From assembly GCA_051873875.1 (NCBI GenBank), contig JBJEFI010000060.1, forward strand, positions 2,471 to 66,470: a stretch of 64,000 nucleotides of DNA. Reading direction: 5' to 3'. Of the stretch, positions 10,780 to 20,947 are shown in pieces (position 1 is the first letter of the stretch; each line of letters opens with the position of its first letter). The stretch comes from Bacillaceae bacterium (GTDB taxonomy: Bacteria; Bacillota; Bacilli; Bacillales; Bacillaceae_G). The translations under genes and the position numbers were made by a program. A model generated the notes under the pieces. It had not been told where the DNA came from. It saw only the letters and a program-made list of their open reading frames with translations, and searched no databases.

Positions 10780-11739
10780 CTATTTCTTTCTTACAAAATA
10801 ACGATGTGGTGTTTGTGTTCTATCCACATCTACTTGTCCATTATATTCTAAATAATCCAGCTGTCCAAGTGTTTCTGAAATAGTAAGGAGTAACTGTCGC
10901 TCATATAAGGTTGGAAATAATCCTTTCGTTAATTCAAAAACAGTATTCCCCTCTTCCTGTATCATTTCTAATACTCGATGAGATCGTTTCTTTTGTTTTT
11001 CTAATCGTTCAAACACTAAAGCTTTTATATTGGTTACGTCTTCCCCATGTCCTGCTAACACTTTCGTAATGTCCATTGTTGCTAATTTTTGTAATGAATC
11101 ATTATATTGCAATAAAGGGCGAATTCGCTCTTTTTCTCCTATTCCTCTTGGTTCTAACATTGGGTTAGAAGAAATTTTAGCAATCAATACATCACCACCA
11201 ATTAACACTCCATCTTCTTCACGATATAAAGCAATATGGGTAGAAGCATGTCCTGGCACTTCAATTACTTTAAACTGAGGTAAAAAAGAAAGATAATCTC
11301 CCTCTTTTACAATTGCCGTTACATGTCGTTTACATGATAATTGAAGTGTTCTCTCTAAATTAATACCACGTTCTTTTAATTCAATAGGTATCCCAAATTC
11401 AATACGAAATTGTTCAAGTTCTTGATTATAATGCTCAATAAAAGCGGGATTTTGAGAACTCCATACATCAACATCTTTATGAGCAACTACATCTATATTT
11501 TCTGAAAAATACTCTAACATCCCAATGTGATCCACATGATGATGTGTTAATACAATATGTTTAATGTCTTCGATACGATAGCCTAATTGATTTAATTGCT
11601 GCTGAAAAGAAAGCCAACTTTTTTCTGTTTTTACCCCTGTATCAACAAGTGTTAATTCATCTCCTTCAATTAAATAAACATTAACCGTTCCAACATCATA
11701 AGGAACTGGAAGCGTAATTTTATGTATCATATTCTTCAC
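10780..11739 (-). CDS. MBL-fold metallo-hydrolase (YqjP-like)
   Basis: HHHVDH metal-binding motif; 319 aa. Confidence 0.85.
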   Translation of the reverse strand: MKNMIHKITLPVPYDVGTVNVYLIEGDELTLVDTGVKTEKSWLSFQQQLNQLGYRIEDIKHIVLTHHHVDHIGMLEYFSENIDVVAHKDVDVWSSQNPAFIEHYNQELEQFRIEFGIPIELKERGINLERTLQLSCKRHVTAIVKEGDYLSFLPQFKVIEVPGHASTHIALYREEDGVLIGGDVLIAKISSNPMLEPRGIGEKERIRPLLQYNDSLQKLATMDITKVLAGHGEDVTNIKALVFERLEKQKKRSHRVLEMIQEEGNTVFELTKGLFPTLYERQLLLTISETLGQLDYLEYNGQVDVDRTQTPHRYFVRKK

Positions 11740-11863
11740 CCCATCTAGTCTTTCTCTATCTCTAAAGTGTACAACTTCTATAATCTTTTGTCATTATTTA
11801 AATTTTCTAAATTTTATACATTATGATATAATAATTCAAAATTTAGAAAAGAGGTTTTCTCTC

Positions 11864-12685
11864 ATGACTGTATCTAAAATCGTCTTTTACGGCGCTGGAT
11901 CGATGGCGGAGGCGCTTATCTCTGGATTAGTTCGTTCCCATCTATTTACTCCTTCACAAATTTACGTTACAAATCGAAGCAATGATGAACGATTAAACGA
12001 ATTAGCACATACATATGGTGTTCATACATCAAGAAATCATCACGAATTATTTTCTAATGCTACAATTGTTTTTTTAGCAATGAAGCCTAAAGATGTAGAA
12101 ACTGCAATGCTGGCTATTCAACAGCAACTTCCTGAACATACTGTTATTGTTTCTATGCTAGCGGGTGTTTCTATCTCATCTCTTGCTTCCCTTCTTCTTC
12201 ATGATAATCCAATTATCAGAACGATGCCTAATACATCTGCTACGATTGGAAAATCAGCAACAGCCCTAACGGCGGGAGAGCACGTCTCTCAACAACAACT
12301 ATCTCTTGTCCTTAGTATCTTTAAAACAGTAGGAATCGTTGAAGTAGTAGAAGAAAAACATATGCATGCTATTACCGCTCTCTCTGGTAGTGGTCCTGCT
12401 TATATCTACTATCTAGTTGAAGCTTTTGAAAAAGCTGGCTACGCAGTTGGATTAGAACCTGAAGTAGCAAAATCACTCATCCTTCAAACCATTGTTGGAG
12501 CAGCAGAAATGTTAAAAGAAAGTCCAAAACATCCTTCTCAACTTCGTAAAGAAGTAACAAGCCCTAATGGGACAACGGAAGCTGGCATTACTGTTTTAGA
12601 AAATCAAAACTTTGAAAAAGCAATCATCCAATGTATTCAAGCAGCGTGTGAGCGTTCAAAACAATTAGGTATGAAAGCAAAGTAA
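11864..12685 (+). CDS. proC: Pyrroline-5-carboxylate reductase
   Basis: 273 aa with an N-terminal GAGSMAEA Rossmann motif and a C-terminal SPNGTTEAG motif. It occupies the position of proI in B. subtilis. Confidence 0.9.
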   Translation: MTVSKIVFYGAGSMAEALISGLVRSHLFTPSQIYVTNRSNDERLNELAHTYGVHTSRNHHELFSNATIVFLAMKPKDVETAMLAIQQQLPEHTVIVSMLAGVSISSLASLLLHDNPIIRTMPNTSATIGKSATALTAGEHVSQQQLSLVLSIFKTVGIVEVVEEKHMHAITALSGSGPAYIYYLVEAFEKAGYAVGLEPEVAKSLILQTIVGAAEMLKESPKHPSQLRKEVTSPNGTTEAGITVLENQNFEKAIIQCIQAACERSKQLGMKAK

Positions 12686-12712
12686 CATAAAAAACACACT
12701 AATGAATAAAAA

Positions 12713-12775
12713 AGGCAAAAAAAAATGGATGACCATCCTTCAATCATGAAGATGCGTTGGTCATCCATCTTTTAT
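12713..12775. terminator. Bidirectional terminator between proC and rnz
   Basis: 11-bp arms ATGGATGACCA / TGGTCATCCAT with a large loop, an A-run before and a T-run after. Confidence 0.6.
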
Positions 12776-13719
12776 CTATTCCGTTTTTTTCTAGCTAATT
12801 GAAACTGGTCAAAATCATGAGCAAGATATGTATTCGCAAAAAGGCTTCTTGCTTCTTGTAATAAAATTTCCATATCCTCTCCTTGAAAACGAGAAGATAG
12901 ATGATTCATTATCAACATCTTTGCATTGCTTTTAAGGGCAACTGTCGCTGCTTGAGTGGACGTTGAGTGATAAAACTCATGGGCCCCTGCTTCATTTTCT
13001 TTATTAAATGTTGCTTCATGAATTAAAATATCCGCTTCATTAGCAAGGTCAATACTTGCTTCACAAAAACGAGTATCCCCAATAATCGTTACAATTCTCC
13101 CTTTCACTGGATCACTTGTGTAGCCCTTCGCTTCAAGAATTGTACCATCGACTAACACAATGTTTTCTCCATTTTTTATGCGTTGATAAATAGGCCCTGG
13201 CATAACGCCCTTTTCTTTTAACTTCTCTACTAATAATGTGCCTGGTATTTCTTTTTCAACAATTCGATACCCATAACTAGGTAAACCATGAACAACTTTT
13301 TTTGTTTCAATCCTAAATTGTTCATCTTCAAAAATAATCCCATCTTCCTCTAACTCTACGTAGTCAATTGGATAACGTAAATACGTATTACTTATTTTTA
13401 AGGAAACTTCAATATACTCCTTAATTCCTTTCGGTCCATAAACGACTAATGGCGTTGTTGCACCTTGGAAAGAGCGACTTCCTAATAATCCTGGTAGTCC
13501 AAAAATATGATCGCCATGTAAATGAGTAATAAATATTTTTTCTATTTTACTTAGTGTTATATTCGTATGAAGAATTTGATGTTGAGTTGCTTCACCACAA
13601 TCAAATAACCATGTCATGCCACGCTCCGTTAAAATTCGCAATGCCATCGCTGATACATTACGCCCTTTGGACGGTACACCTGCACACGTTCCTAAAAATG
13701 TAAATTCCAAGTTTATCAC
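12772..13719 (-). CDS. rnz: Ribonuclease Z
   Basis: 315 aa with the HLHGDH motif and an N-terminus of the type FLGTxAGVPSKxRNVS. Confidence 0.92.
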   Translation of the reverse strand: MINLEFTFLGTCAGVPSKGRNVSAMALRILTERGMTWLFDCGEATQHQILHTNITLSKIEKIFITHLHGDHIFGLPGLLGSRSFQGATTPLVVYGPKGIKEYIEVSLKISNTYLRYPIDYVELEEDGIIFEDEQFRIETKKVVHGLPSYGYRIVEKEIPGTLLVEKLKEKGVMPGPIYQRIKNGENIVLVDGTILEAKGYTSDPVKGRIVTIIGDTRFCEASIDLANEADILIHEATFNKENEAGAHEFYHSTSTQAATVALKSNAKMLIMNHLSSRFQGEDMEILLQEARSLFANTYLAHDFDQFQLARKKRNR

Positions 13720-13743
13720 CTAATTTCTTTTCCATCCTTATCA

Positions 13744-13788
13744 TAAAAAAAGTTTATTAAAACCAGCAAATTGGTTTTAATAAACTTT
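13744..13788 (-). terminator. Terminator after the M20 peptidase gene
   Basis: 17-bp arms AAAGTTTATTAAAACCA / TGGTTTTAATAAACTTT with a U-run on the minus strand. Confidence 0.75.
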
Positions 13789-13799
13789 TACTCGGTCCA

Positions 13800-14918
13800 T
13801 TATTTCGCAGCTTCTGTAATAACCGCCACAACAAGCTCTGCTGTTTTGTTTAACTCTTCAATTGGCATACGCTCATTTGTTGTATGAATTTCTTCATATC
13901 CAACAGCTAAGTTTACAGTTGGAATACCATGACCAGCGATGATATTCGCATCACTTCCACCACCACTTGCATGTAGAGAAGGTGTACGACCAATTGATGA
14001 TACAGCACGTTTTGCTACTTCAACAACATGATCCCCATCTCCATATTTAAAGCCAGGGTACATTACTTTCACATCAACCTCTGCACGACCACCCATTTCA
14101 GTAGCAGCACTTTCAAATGCCTCTTTCATTTTTTCAACTTGTGCTTCCATTTTTTCATTCACTAAAGAACGAGCCTCAGCTAAAATATGAACACGATCAC
14201 AAACGATGTTTGTTGCTGTTCCGCCTTCGAATCGACCAATATTCGCTGTTGTTTCTTCATCAATACGTCCTAATGGCATACGAGAAATCGCTTTCGCTGC
14301 AATTGTAATTGCCGAAATACCTTTTTCTGGTGCCACCCCAGCGTGAGCTGTTTTGCCATAAATTGTTGCATTCACTTTCGCTTGTGTTGGCGCAGCCGTT
14401 ACGATAACCCCTACTTTCCCATCACAATCTAATGCATAGCCGTATTTAGCTGTAATTCTGCTAGGATCTAATGCCATTGCACCAACTAAACCAACTTCTT
14501 CACCAACTGTAATAACTAATTCCACTTTACCATGAGGAAGGTTTTGTTCTTTTAAAACTCGAATTCCTTCTAATAAACAAGATAAACCTGTTTTGTCATC
14601 TGCACCTAAAATTGTTGTTCCATCTGTTACAACATAACCATCTTTAATTAATGGTTTTACACCATTTCCTGGTACAACTGTATCCATATGACATGTGAAG
14701 TAGATTGGGTCTACCCCTTCTTTTGTCGCTGGTAATGTCACAATTAAGTTACCTGCACCATGACCAGTTTTAGCCATTGTATCGTCTTCGTATACGTCTA
14801 AGCCTAATTTTGTAAACTTCTCCTTTAATACATCGGCAATTTGTCGCTCATTTTTTGACTCTGAATCAATTTGAACTAATTCTAAAAATTCATCTAATAA
14901 ACGTTTTTCATTAATCAT
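13800..14918 (-). CDS. M20-family peptidase (peptidase T-like, YqjE-like)
   Basis: 372 aa with CHMDTV and GADDK metal-ligand motifs. Confidence 0.85.
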   Translation of the reverse strand: MINEKRLLDEFLELVQIDSESKNERQIADVLKEKFTKLGLDVYEDDTMAKTGHGAGNLIVTLPATKEGVDPIYFTCHMDTVVPGNGVKPLIKDGYVVTDGTTILGADDKTGLSCLLEGIRVLKEQNLPHGKVELVITVGEEVGLVGAMALDPSRITAKYGYALDCDGKVGVIVTAAPTQAKVNATIYGKTAHAGVAPEKGISAITIAAKAISRMPLGRIDEETTANIGRFEGGTATNIVCDRVHILAEARSLVNEKMEAQVEKMKEAFESAATEMGGRAEVDVKVMYPGFKYGDGDHVVEVAKRAVSSIGRTPSLHASGGGSDANIIAGHGIPTVNLAVGYEEIHTTNERMPIEELNKTAELVVAVITEAAK

Positions 14919-15001
14919 CGTTTATAGCCTCCTATGTAATATATACTCGTATATTACCATAGTGAAGGACGTAATGGAATGGTAGGCCCTTTCTTCAACA
15001 G

Positions 15002-15035
15002 AAAAAAAGCGCAATCACCTTCTAGTGATTACGCT
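15002..15035 (-). terminator. Terminator after the carboxyltransferase gene
   Basis: AGCGCAATCAC / GTGATTACGCT hairpin (one G-U pair) with a U-run on the minus strand. Confidence 0.65.
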
Positions 15036-15046
15036 TTCTATTCCTT

Positions 15047-16600
15047 TTACAATGGAATATTGCCGTGTTTTTTATAAGGTCTTTCTTCTTTTTTATTACT
15101 TAACATGTTTAATCCATTAATTAATTTAATTCTTGTTTCCCTTGGATCAATAACGTCATCAACAATTCCATGACTTGCTGCTACATATGGATTTGCAAAT
15201 TTCTCTTTATATTCATTTATTAATTGTTCACGTAATGCATCTGAATCATCACTAGTGGCTAATTGTTTATTGAAAATAATATTTACTGCCCCTTGTGGTC
15301 CCATAACAGCAATCTCCGCATTTGGCCATGAGAAAACCAAATCAGCCCCAATTGACTTACTATTTAATGCTACATATGCTCCACCATATGCTTTACGAAG
15401 AATTACAGTTATTTTTGGTACTGTTGCTTCTGAATAAGCGTATAATATTTTCGCCCCATGGCGAATGATACCGCCGTGCTCTTGTTTAACCCCTGGGAAG
15501 AATCCGCTTACATCTTCGAATGTAATTAATGGGATATTGAAACAATCACAAAAACGAATAAATCGTGCCGCTTTATCAGAGGAATCAATATCTAATCCAC
15601 CAGCCATAAACTTCGGTTGATTACAAACAAGACCAATTACTTCTCCTTCTAATCGGCCAAATCCAACAACGATATTTTTGGCAAAACTAGCTTGTACTTC
15701 TAAAAAAGAATCCTTATCAAGAATTTCTTTTACAACATTTCGTACATCATATCCTCTTGTTCCATCTATTGGAATGATGTCTACTAAATTTTCACGATAA
15801 TTATCTTCTTTTTCTACTTCTACTTTCGGAGCTTTTTCGCGATTGTTTTGTGGCAAATAGGATACTAAATTTCGAACTAATTGTAATGCTTCTGCCTCAT
15901 TTGATGCTCTAAAATGTGCATTCCCACTAATTGTATTGTGTACCTTCGCCCCACCTAAATCTTCAGGACTAATTTTTTCACCTGTTACTGTTTCAATAAC
16001 CTTTGGTCCAGTAATAAACATTTGACTTGTATCATCAACCATGATAACAAAATCAGTAATAGCAGGTGAATAAACGGCTCCGCCTGCACAAGGACCTAAA
16101 ATAACAGAAATTTGCGGAACAACACCAGAATAAATAGCATTTCGATAGAAAACATGTCCGTATCCATCTAATGATAATACACCTTCTTGAATACGTGCAC
16201 CGCCTGAATCATTTAGTCCAATAACAGGTGCCCCAGTTTTTGCCGCTAAATCCATAATCATTGCGATTTTTTTTGCATGCATTTCACCTAAAGCGCCACC
16301 AAACACCGTAAAGTCTTGAGAAAAAATGTAAACAGGTTGCCCATTTATTTTTCCAAATCCAGTAATAACGCCATCACCAGGACCTTTTTTATCTGCTAAA
16401 CCAAAATCTGTACAGCGATGTTCAATGAATGGATTTAATTCCATAAATGTTTCTTCATCTACTAATAAATCAATCCGCTCTCTTGCTGTCAACTTTCCGC
16501 TTAAATGTTGCTTAGCAATTCTTTCGTCCCCTCCACCAAGCTCAATTTCTCTTCGCTTGTCATAAAGCTCATTGATTTTATCATACAAGTCCACTACCAC
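15047..16600 (-). CDS. Acyl-CoA carboxylase carboxyltransferase subunit (propionyl-CoA carboxylase beta / YqjD-like)
   Basis: 517 aa with full-length carboxyl_trans domain features (GGARIQEG, GPCAGGAVYSP). Confidence 0.9.
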   Translation of the reverse strand: MVVDLYDKINELYDKRREIELGGGDERIAKQHLSGKLTARERIDLLVDEETFMELNPFIEHRCTDFGLADKKGPGDGVITGFGKINGQPVYIFSQDFTVFGGALGEMHAKKIAMIMDLAAKTGAPVIGLNDSGGARIQEGVLSLDGYGHVFYRNAIYSGVVPQISVILGPCAGGAVYSPAITDFVIMVDDTSQMFITGPKVIETVTGEKISPEDLGGAKVHNTISGNAHFRASNEAEALQLVRNLVSYLPQNNREKAPKVEVEKEDNYRENLVDIIPIDGTRGYDVRNVVKEILDKDSFLEVQASFAKNIVVGFGRLEGEVIGLVCNQPKFMAGGLDIDSSDKAARFIRFCDCFNIPLITFEDVSGFFPGVKQEHGGIIRHGAKILYAYSEATVPKITVILRKAYGGAYVALNSKSIGADLVFSWPNAEIAVMGPQGAVNIIFNKQLATSDDSDALREQLINEYKEKFANPYVAASHGIVDDVIDPRETRIKLINGLNMLSNKKEERPYKKHGNIPL

Positions 16601-16603
16601 GAT

Positions 16604-17002
16604 TTATTCCCCCTTTTGACATAGCTCAATCAATACCTTCTCTGTACTCTTAGGATGCATAAAGACAATTTGCTTACCACCAGCACCTCTTTTTGGAATA
16701 TTCTGAATCATTTTTACACCATTTTCCTTTAAATAGTCTATTTCATCCAAAATATTTTCAACAGAAAATGCAAGATGATGAATGCCCTGTCCTTTTTTTT
16801 CAATGAAGCTAGCAATCGCTCCCTCTTTTATTGGCTCAAGTAATTCAATTTTTGTTTCTCCACTTTTCAAAAACGCTACTTTTACTCCCTCACTTTCTAC
16901 TTCTTCAATAGAAAGGAGTTCAAGCCCTAACACATCCCTAAAAAAAAGGAGTGATTGATCCAATGACGTTACTGCAATGCCAATGTGATCTAATTTTTTC
17001 AT
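16604..17002 (-). CDS. mce: Methylmalonyl-CoA epimerase (VOC/glyoxalase fold, YqjC-like)
   Basis: The start is moved to ATG 17002 (MKKLDHIGIAV), which has a purine-rich RBS. It is 4 nt from the carboxyltransferase gene. Confidence 0.85.
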   Translation of the reverse strand: MKKLDHIGIAVTSLDQSLLFFRDVLGLELLSIEEVESEGVKVAFLKSGETKIELLEPIKEGAIASFIEKKGQGIHHLAFSVENILDEIDYLKENGVKMIQNIPKRGAGGKQIVFMHPKSTEKVLIELCQKGE

Positions 17003-17119
17003 TTCCCATTCCCCTTTGAAATTGATAAAATACTTTGCAGAAGACTTGTTCAATTCGTTGTAAAAAAGTAAAATAATGAACATACTTAATTATGTTGAAA
17101 TACTTGGAGGTATATTAAA

Positions 17120-17215
17120 ATGAAAAAACAACAATTATCTAAGTGGCTCGTCATTATTCTTTTAATTATCTTTATCGGTTCTACTCTATTAAGTGGACTA
17201 GCTTTCTTACTATAG
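17120..17215 (+). CDS. 31-aa single-pass membrane micro-protein (below the ORF-track length cutoff)
   Basis: GGAGG lies 8 nt upstream of ATG 17120. The translation is MKKQQLSKWLVIILLIIFIGSTLLSGLAFLL*. The ORF is followed directly by a strong terminator. Confidence 0.5.
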   Translation: MKKQQLSKWLVIILLIIFIGSTLLSGLAFLL

Positions 17216-17230
17216 AAAAAGAACAAAATA

Positions 17231-17279
17231 AAAAAAGGTCCTCCTAATTATTATTGTAATCATAGGAGGACCCTTTTTC
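17231..17279. terminator. Bidirectional terminator (micro-ORF / actP)
   Basis: GGTCCTCCT ... AGGAGGACC with a flanking A-run and T-run. Confidence 0.8.
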
Positions 17280-17284
17280 AAATT

Positions 17285-18826
17285 TTAAACATCGACAGCT
17301 CCACTGCTACCTTTTCCCGTGTTTGATCTTACTAAAATCTCGTCAAATTTCTCAGCAGATTCTTTCTGACTTGAAAAGATCGTTCCTAAGTAAGCGGCAA
17401 TAAAGCCAAGTGGTATCGATACAATGCCTGGGTTTGATAAATTAATAAGTGGTTCCCCTACTAAAATAGCAGCACCTTCTACTGGATTCCATACATTCGG
17501 ACTTAGTACTACTAATACTAAAGCCGAAATCAATCCTACTAACATTCCCCAAATAGCACCCGTTGTGTTAAAGCGCTTCCAGTAAATTGTATAAAGAATT
17601 ACTGGTAAGTTGGCACTTGCCGCTACGGCGAAGGCTAAGGAAACTAAGAAAGCTACGTTCATTGTTTGAGCGAAAAGAGCTAAAATAATAGATAAAACCG
17701 CTACTCCGATAGAAGCATAACGAGCCATTGATACTTGTTCTTTCTCTGTCGCTTTTCCTTTTCGTAAAATTTCATTATAAAAATCATGGGCAAATGCCGA
17801 TGCTGCTGTTAATACTAACCCTGCTACTACGGCCAAAATTGTTGCAAAGGCAATTGCTGAAATAAAGGCAAATAAGAAGTCCCCACCTATTGCTTCTGCC
17901 AATAATGGTGCTGCCATATTTCCGGCTGGGTTTGCAGCAATGATTGTTTTTTCGCCAACGAAGGCTGCTGCTCCAAAACCTAAGAAAATCGTCATAATAT
18001 AGAAAAGTCCAATTAACCAAGTTGCATATACAACTGATTTACGAGCTGTAGGTGCATCTTTTACCGTAAAGAAACGAACTAAAATATGTGGTAATCCGGC
18101 CGTTCCTAATACTAATGCTAAGTTTAACGAAATTGTTTCAATTGGAATTTTATATTTAATTCCTGGATTTAAAAAGGCTCCTTCATGAGTCGTTGCCGTC
18201 TTCATTTGTGCAAACATATCTACTAAGTTAAAGTTAAATTTCGCAAACACGATAACAGAAATAATAAATGTTCCTACCATCAATAATACGGCTTTTACAA
18301 TTTGCACCCAACTTGTTGCGTGCATGCCTCCGAAAATAACGTAAACCGTCATTAAAACGCCCACAATTAACACTGACGTAACATAATCTAATCCTAATAA
18401 TAATTTAATAAGTGCACCTGCTCCTACTAACTGGGCAACCATATAAAAAATAGAAATTGCCATTGTATTTAATGCTGCAACGCCACGGACTTTACGAGAA
18501 TCAAAACGGGCTCCAATCATATCTGCCATCGTATATTTACCTAAATTACGTAATGGCTCCGCTACTAAATACAAAACAACTAAATACGCAACAAGAAAAC
18601 CAATACTATAAAAGAAACCATCAAACCCTGTTAAAGCAATTGATCCTGCGATACCTAAGAATGAAGCTGCCGACATATAATCCCCAGCGATAGCTAGTCC
18701 ATTTTGCCAACCTGTTAATCCACCACCAGCTGTATAAAACTCTGTTGCGTTTTTTGTACGCTTTGAAGCGAAATACGTAATAAACAATGTTCCTGCAACA
18801 ATAATTAAAAATAAAGTAAAGGCCAT
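17285..18826 (-). CDS. actP: Cation/acetate symporter (solute:sodium symporter family, ActP-like)
   Basis: 513 aa polytopic SSS-family protein, immediately preceded by a DUF485 partner gene as in actP-yjcH pairs. Confidence 0.85.
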   Translation of the reverse strand: MAFTLFLIIVAGTLFITYFASKRTKNATEFYTAGGGLTGWQNGLAIAGDYMSAASFLGIAGSIALTGFDGFFYSIGFLVAYLVVLYLVAEPLRNLGKYTMADMIGARFDSRKVRGVAALNTMAISIFYMVAQLVGAGALIKLLLGLDYVTSVLIVGVLMTVYVIFGGMHATSWVQIVKAVLLMVGTFIISVIVFAKFNFNLVDMFAQMKTATTHEGAFLNPGIKYKIPIETISLNLALVLGTAGLPHILVRFFTVKDAPTARKSVVYATWLIGLFYIMTIFLGFGAAAFVGEKTIIAANPAGNMAAPLLAEAIGGDFLFAFISAIAFATILAVVAGLVLTAASAFAHDFYNEILRKGKATEKEQVSMARYASIGVAVLSIILALFAQTMNVAFLVSLAFAVAASANLPVILYTIYWKRFNTTGAIWGMLVGLISALVLVVLSPNVWNPVEGAAILVGEPLINLSNPGIVSIPLGFIAAYLGTIFSSQKESAEKFDEILVRSNTGKGSSGAVDV

Positions 18827-18842
18827 TTATCTTCTTCCCTTC

Positions 18843-19154
18843 CTAGTTCTTTCCTAAAATGTCATCTATCATTTTGTCAAACTTTTTTGCTTTACTTGCA
18901 TAAATCATACATAATGCCCACGTCATAATGAATTGTCCAAAAGCAAAAACCCACGCCCATGTAATATCACCAGCTACTTTTGTGTTTAAAACCTTTGAAT
19001 AAGAAGTAAGAATAGGTAGTGCAAAATAAAATGCAAAGAAAAATACAGTCATCGGAACAATAAACTTCTTTTTTTCCTTTAGTAATGCCTTGAACTTTGG
19101 TGAATTAGCAATCTCTGAATAAGATTGCTCTTTCGATTCCATGTTCATCATCAT
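18843..19154 (-). CDS. DUF485 membrane protein (YjcH-like partner of ActP)
   Basis: Two TM helices. The start is moved to the MMMNMESK cluster (about 19154) behind a GGAGG RBS; the track N-terminal extension has no RBS. Confidence 0.75.
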   Translation of the reverse strand: MMMNMESKEQSYSEIANSPKFKALLKEKKKFIVPMTVFFFAFYFALPILTSYSKVLNTKVAGDITWAWVFAFGQFIMTWALCMIYASKAKKFDKMIDDILGKN

Positions 19155-19226
19155 AAATTCCTCCATTCTCTTTCTTTTTTTGCTTACAAAGTAAATGGTA
19201 TGACCATTTGTTTTATCATAACACAA

Positions 19227-19241
19227 AAAATTCAGAAAATT
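19227..19241. promoter_or_regulatory. CodY-box candidate
   Basis: AAAATTCAGAAAATT matches the consensus AATTTTCWGAAAATT at 13/15. It lies in the divergent intergenic region between the DUF485/actP pair and the APC permease gene. Confidence 0.4.
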
Positions 19242-19510
19242 GAAACATATTTTATTGACAAACTTCGACTAAAAATGGATAAATCTTTCTTTATCAATTT
19301 AATTATTTGATTTTTTTTATTTTTTAGATTTTTTTGTTTTATCTTATGACCAAATCTATTATGATAAAAACATCCCCCATTAAATTTGTGCTTATAAGGA
19401 GGAGCGATACCCTTAAAAAGACAATATGCATCCATTTCATTTCTAGTATAGTGTTTTAAAGAGTTAACGTTTTTTGTAATACAAGTAAAATAAATGGATG
19501 GTGATAACAT

Positions 19511-20872
19511 ATGGCCGAGCAAGTAAAATTAAAGCGAACGCTCAGCTTATGGCAAATTTCGATAATGGGTGTTGCTTACATGACCCCAATGGTTGTATTT
19601 GATAGCTTTGGAATCATAACAAAATTAACAGACGGCAAAGTAGCCGCAGCGTATATCTTTACACTAGTTGCTATTATATTTACAGCATTTAGCTACGGAC
19701 AAATGGTACGAGCATTTCCAATTGCTGGTTCTGCATATACATATGCACAACAAACCTTACATCCAATCGCCGGTTTTATTGTTGGTTGGACTGTTTTAAT
19801 CGATTATTTATTACTTCCAGTTGTTAATACCCTTCTTCCTACTATCTATCTTGGCGCACTCTTTCCAGATGTACATCCTTTTGTATGGGTATTTCTCTCC
19901 ACAATTGTTTATACCATTTTCAATCTTCTTAGTGTAAAACTTACCGCAAATGTAGGCGCTATTCTCGTTGGCGTCCAATTCTTAATTTGTTTTATATTCG
20001 TTTTCTTAACAATTAAGCAAACACCGCTCAGTAGTTATAGCATTGATCCTCTCATTTCAACTAATTTAGGAACACTTGTTGCTGGTGCAGCAATTTTAAC
20101 GTACTCCTTCTTAGGGTTTGATTCCGTATCCACTTTATCTGAAGACACCATTAATCCAAAAAAGAACGTTCCACTAGGAATCCTTTATACTGCCTTAATT
20201 GGTGGTGGCTTATTTATTTTTGTAGCATATTTTGCGCAAATCTTATTTCCAAGTGCCTCTATGTTTAAAGATGTTGTTGGCGCATCTCCAGAAATTGCCT
20301 ATAAAATTGGTGGCACACTTTTCCAATCTTTCTTTGTTGCAGGCGCAACTGTTGGAATTGCGGCCTCTGGCTTAATTTCTCATATGAGTGCTTCCCGTCT
20401 TCTTTATGCAATGGGTCGAGACAACGTATTACCAAAGAAAATATTTGGTTATCTGTCTCCTAAAACAAGTAACCCAACCTATAATATTTGGATTATTAGT
20501 GGCGTTTGTTTAATTCCTGGCTTGTTTATGCTTGGTGGTATGACAAGCGATGAGTTGACAGCACTCGTCTTTGAATTAGTTAGCTTTGGCGCACTTGTTG
20601 CTTTCTCAGTGGTCAATTTAGGCGTTATTTTGCACTATTTTATTAAAAAGAAAAAACGTAGTGGTACAGATATTATTAAATACCTTATTTCACCACTAAT
20701 TGGCTTTGGTTTCATCGTCACGCTTTGGTTGAATTTGAGTCCTCTTTCCTTAAAAACAGGACTTGTCTGGACCGCTATTGGAATAGCTTATATTACAATT
20801 TTGTACTATATTAAAAAGTCAACGAATAGTAAATTTGATGTACCTGTTCTTGACTTAGATGATGCCCAATAA
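19511..20872 (+). CDS. Amino acid/polyamine permease (APC superfamily)
   Basis: 453 aa with 12 predicted TM segments and an APC-type N-terminus (LSLWQISIMGVAYMTP). Confidence 0.85.
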   Translation: MAEQVKLKRTLSLWQISIMGVAYMTPMVVFDSFGIITKLTDGKVAAAYIFTLVAIIFTAFSYGQMVRAFPIAGSAYTYAQQTLHPIAGFIVGWTVLIDYLLLPVVNTLLPTIYLGALFPDVHPFVWVFLSTIVYTIFNLLSVKLTANVGAILVGVQFLICFIFVFLTIKQTPLSSYSIDPLISTNLGTLVAGAAILTYSFLGFDSVSTLSEDTINPKKNVPLGILYTALIGGGLFIFVAYFAQILFPSASMFKDVVGASPEIAYKIGGTLFQSFFVAGATVGIAASGLISHMSASRLLYAMGRDNVLPKKIFGYLSPKTSNPTYNIWIISGVCLIPGLFMLGGMTSDELTALVFELVSFGALVAFSVVNLGVILHYFIKKKKRSGTDIIKYLISPLIGFGFIVTLWLNLSPLSLKTGLVWTAIGIAYITILYYIKKSTNSKFDVPVLDLDDAQ

Positions 20873-20904
20873 CGATTATTCCTCCCCTTTTATATACGTG
20901 ATAT

Positions 20905-20947
20905 AAAAAGGCAGACTTAGTGTTCTCCACTAGTCTGCCTTTGTTTT
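20905..20947. terminator. Bidirectional terminator between the convergent permease and exporter-like genes
   Basis: AAAGGCAGACT ... AGTCTGCCTTT. It overlaps the last codons of the minus-strand CDS. Confidence 0.7.

Noticed and set aside
11740-11863. Possible T-box or attenuator upstream of proC
   Set aside because: The spacer of about 124 nt is too short for a T-box leader, and no conserved T-box sequence or terminator/antiterminator pair was seen.
19232-19522. 96-aa minus-strand ORF in the actP/permease intergenic region
   Set aside because: It is Lys/Asn/Ile-rich from poly-T/A tracts and overlaps the permease start and the predicted promoter region. No RBS is present.
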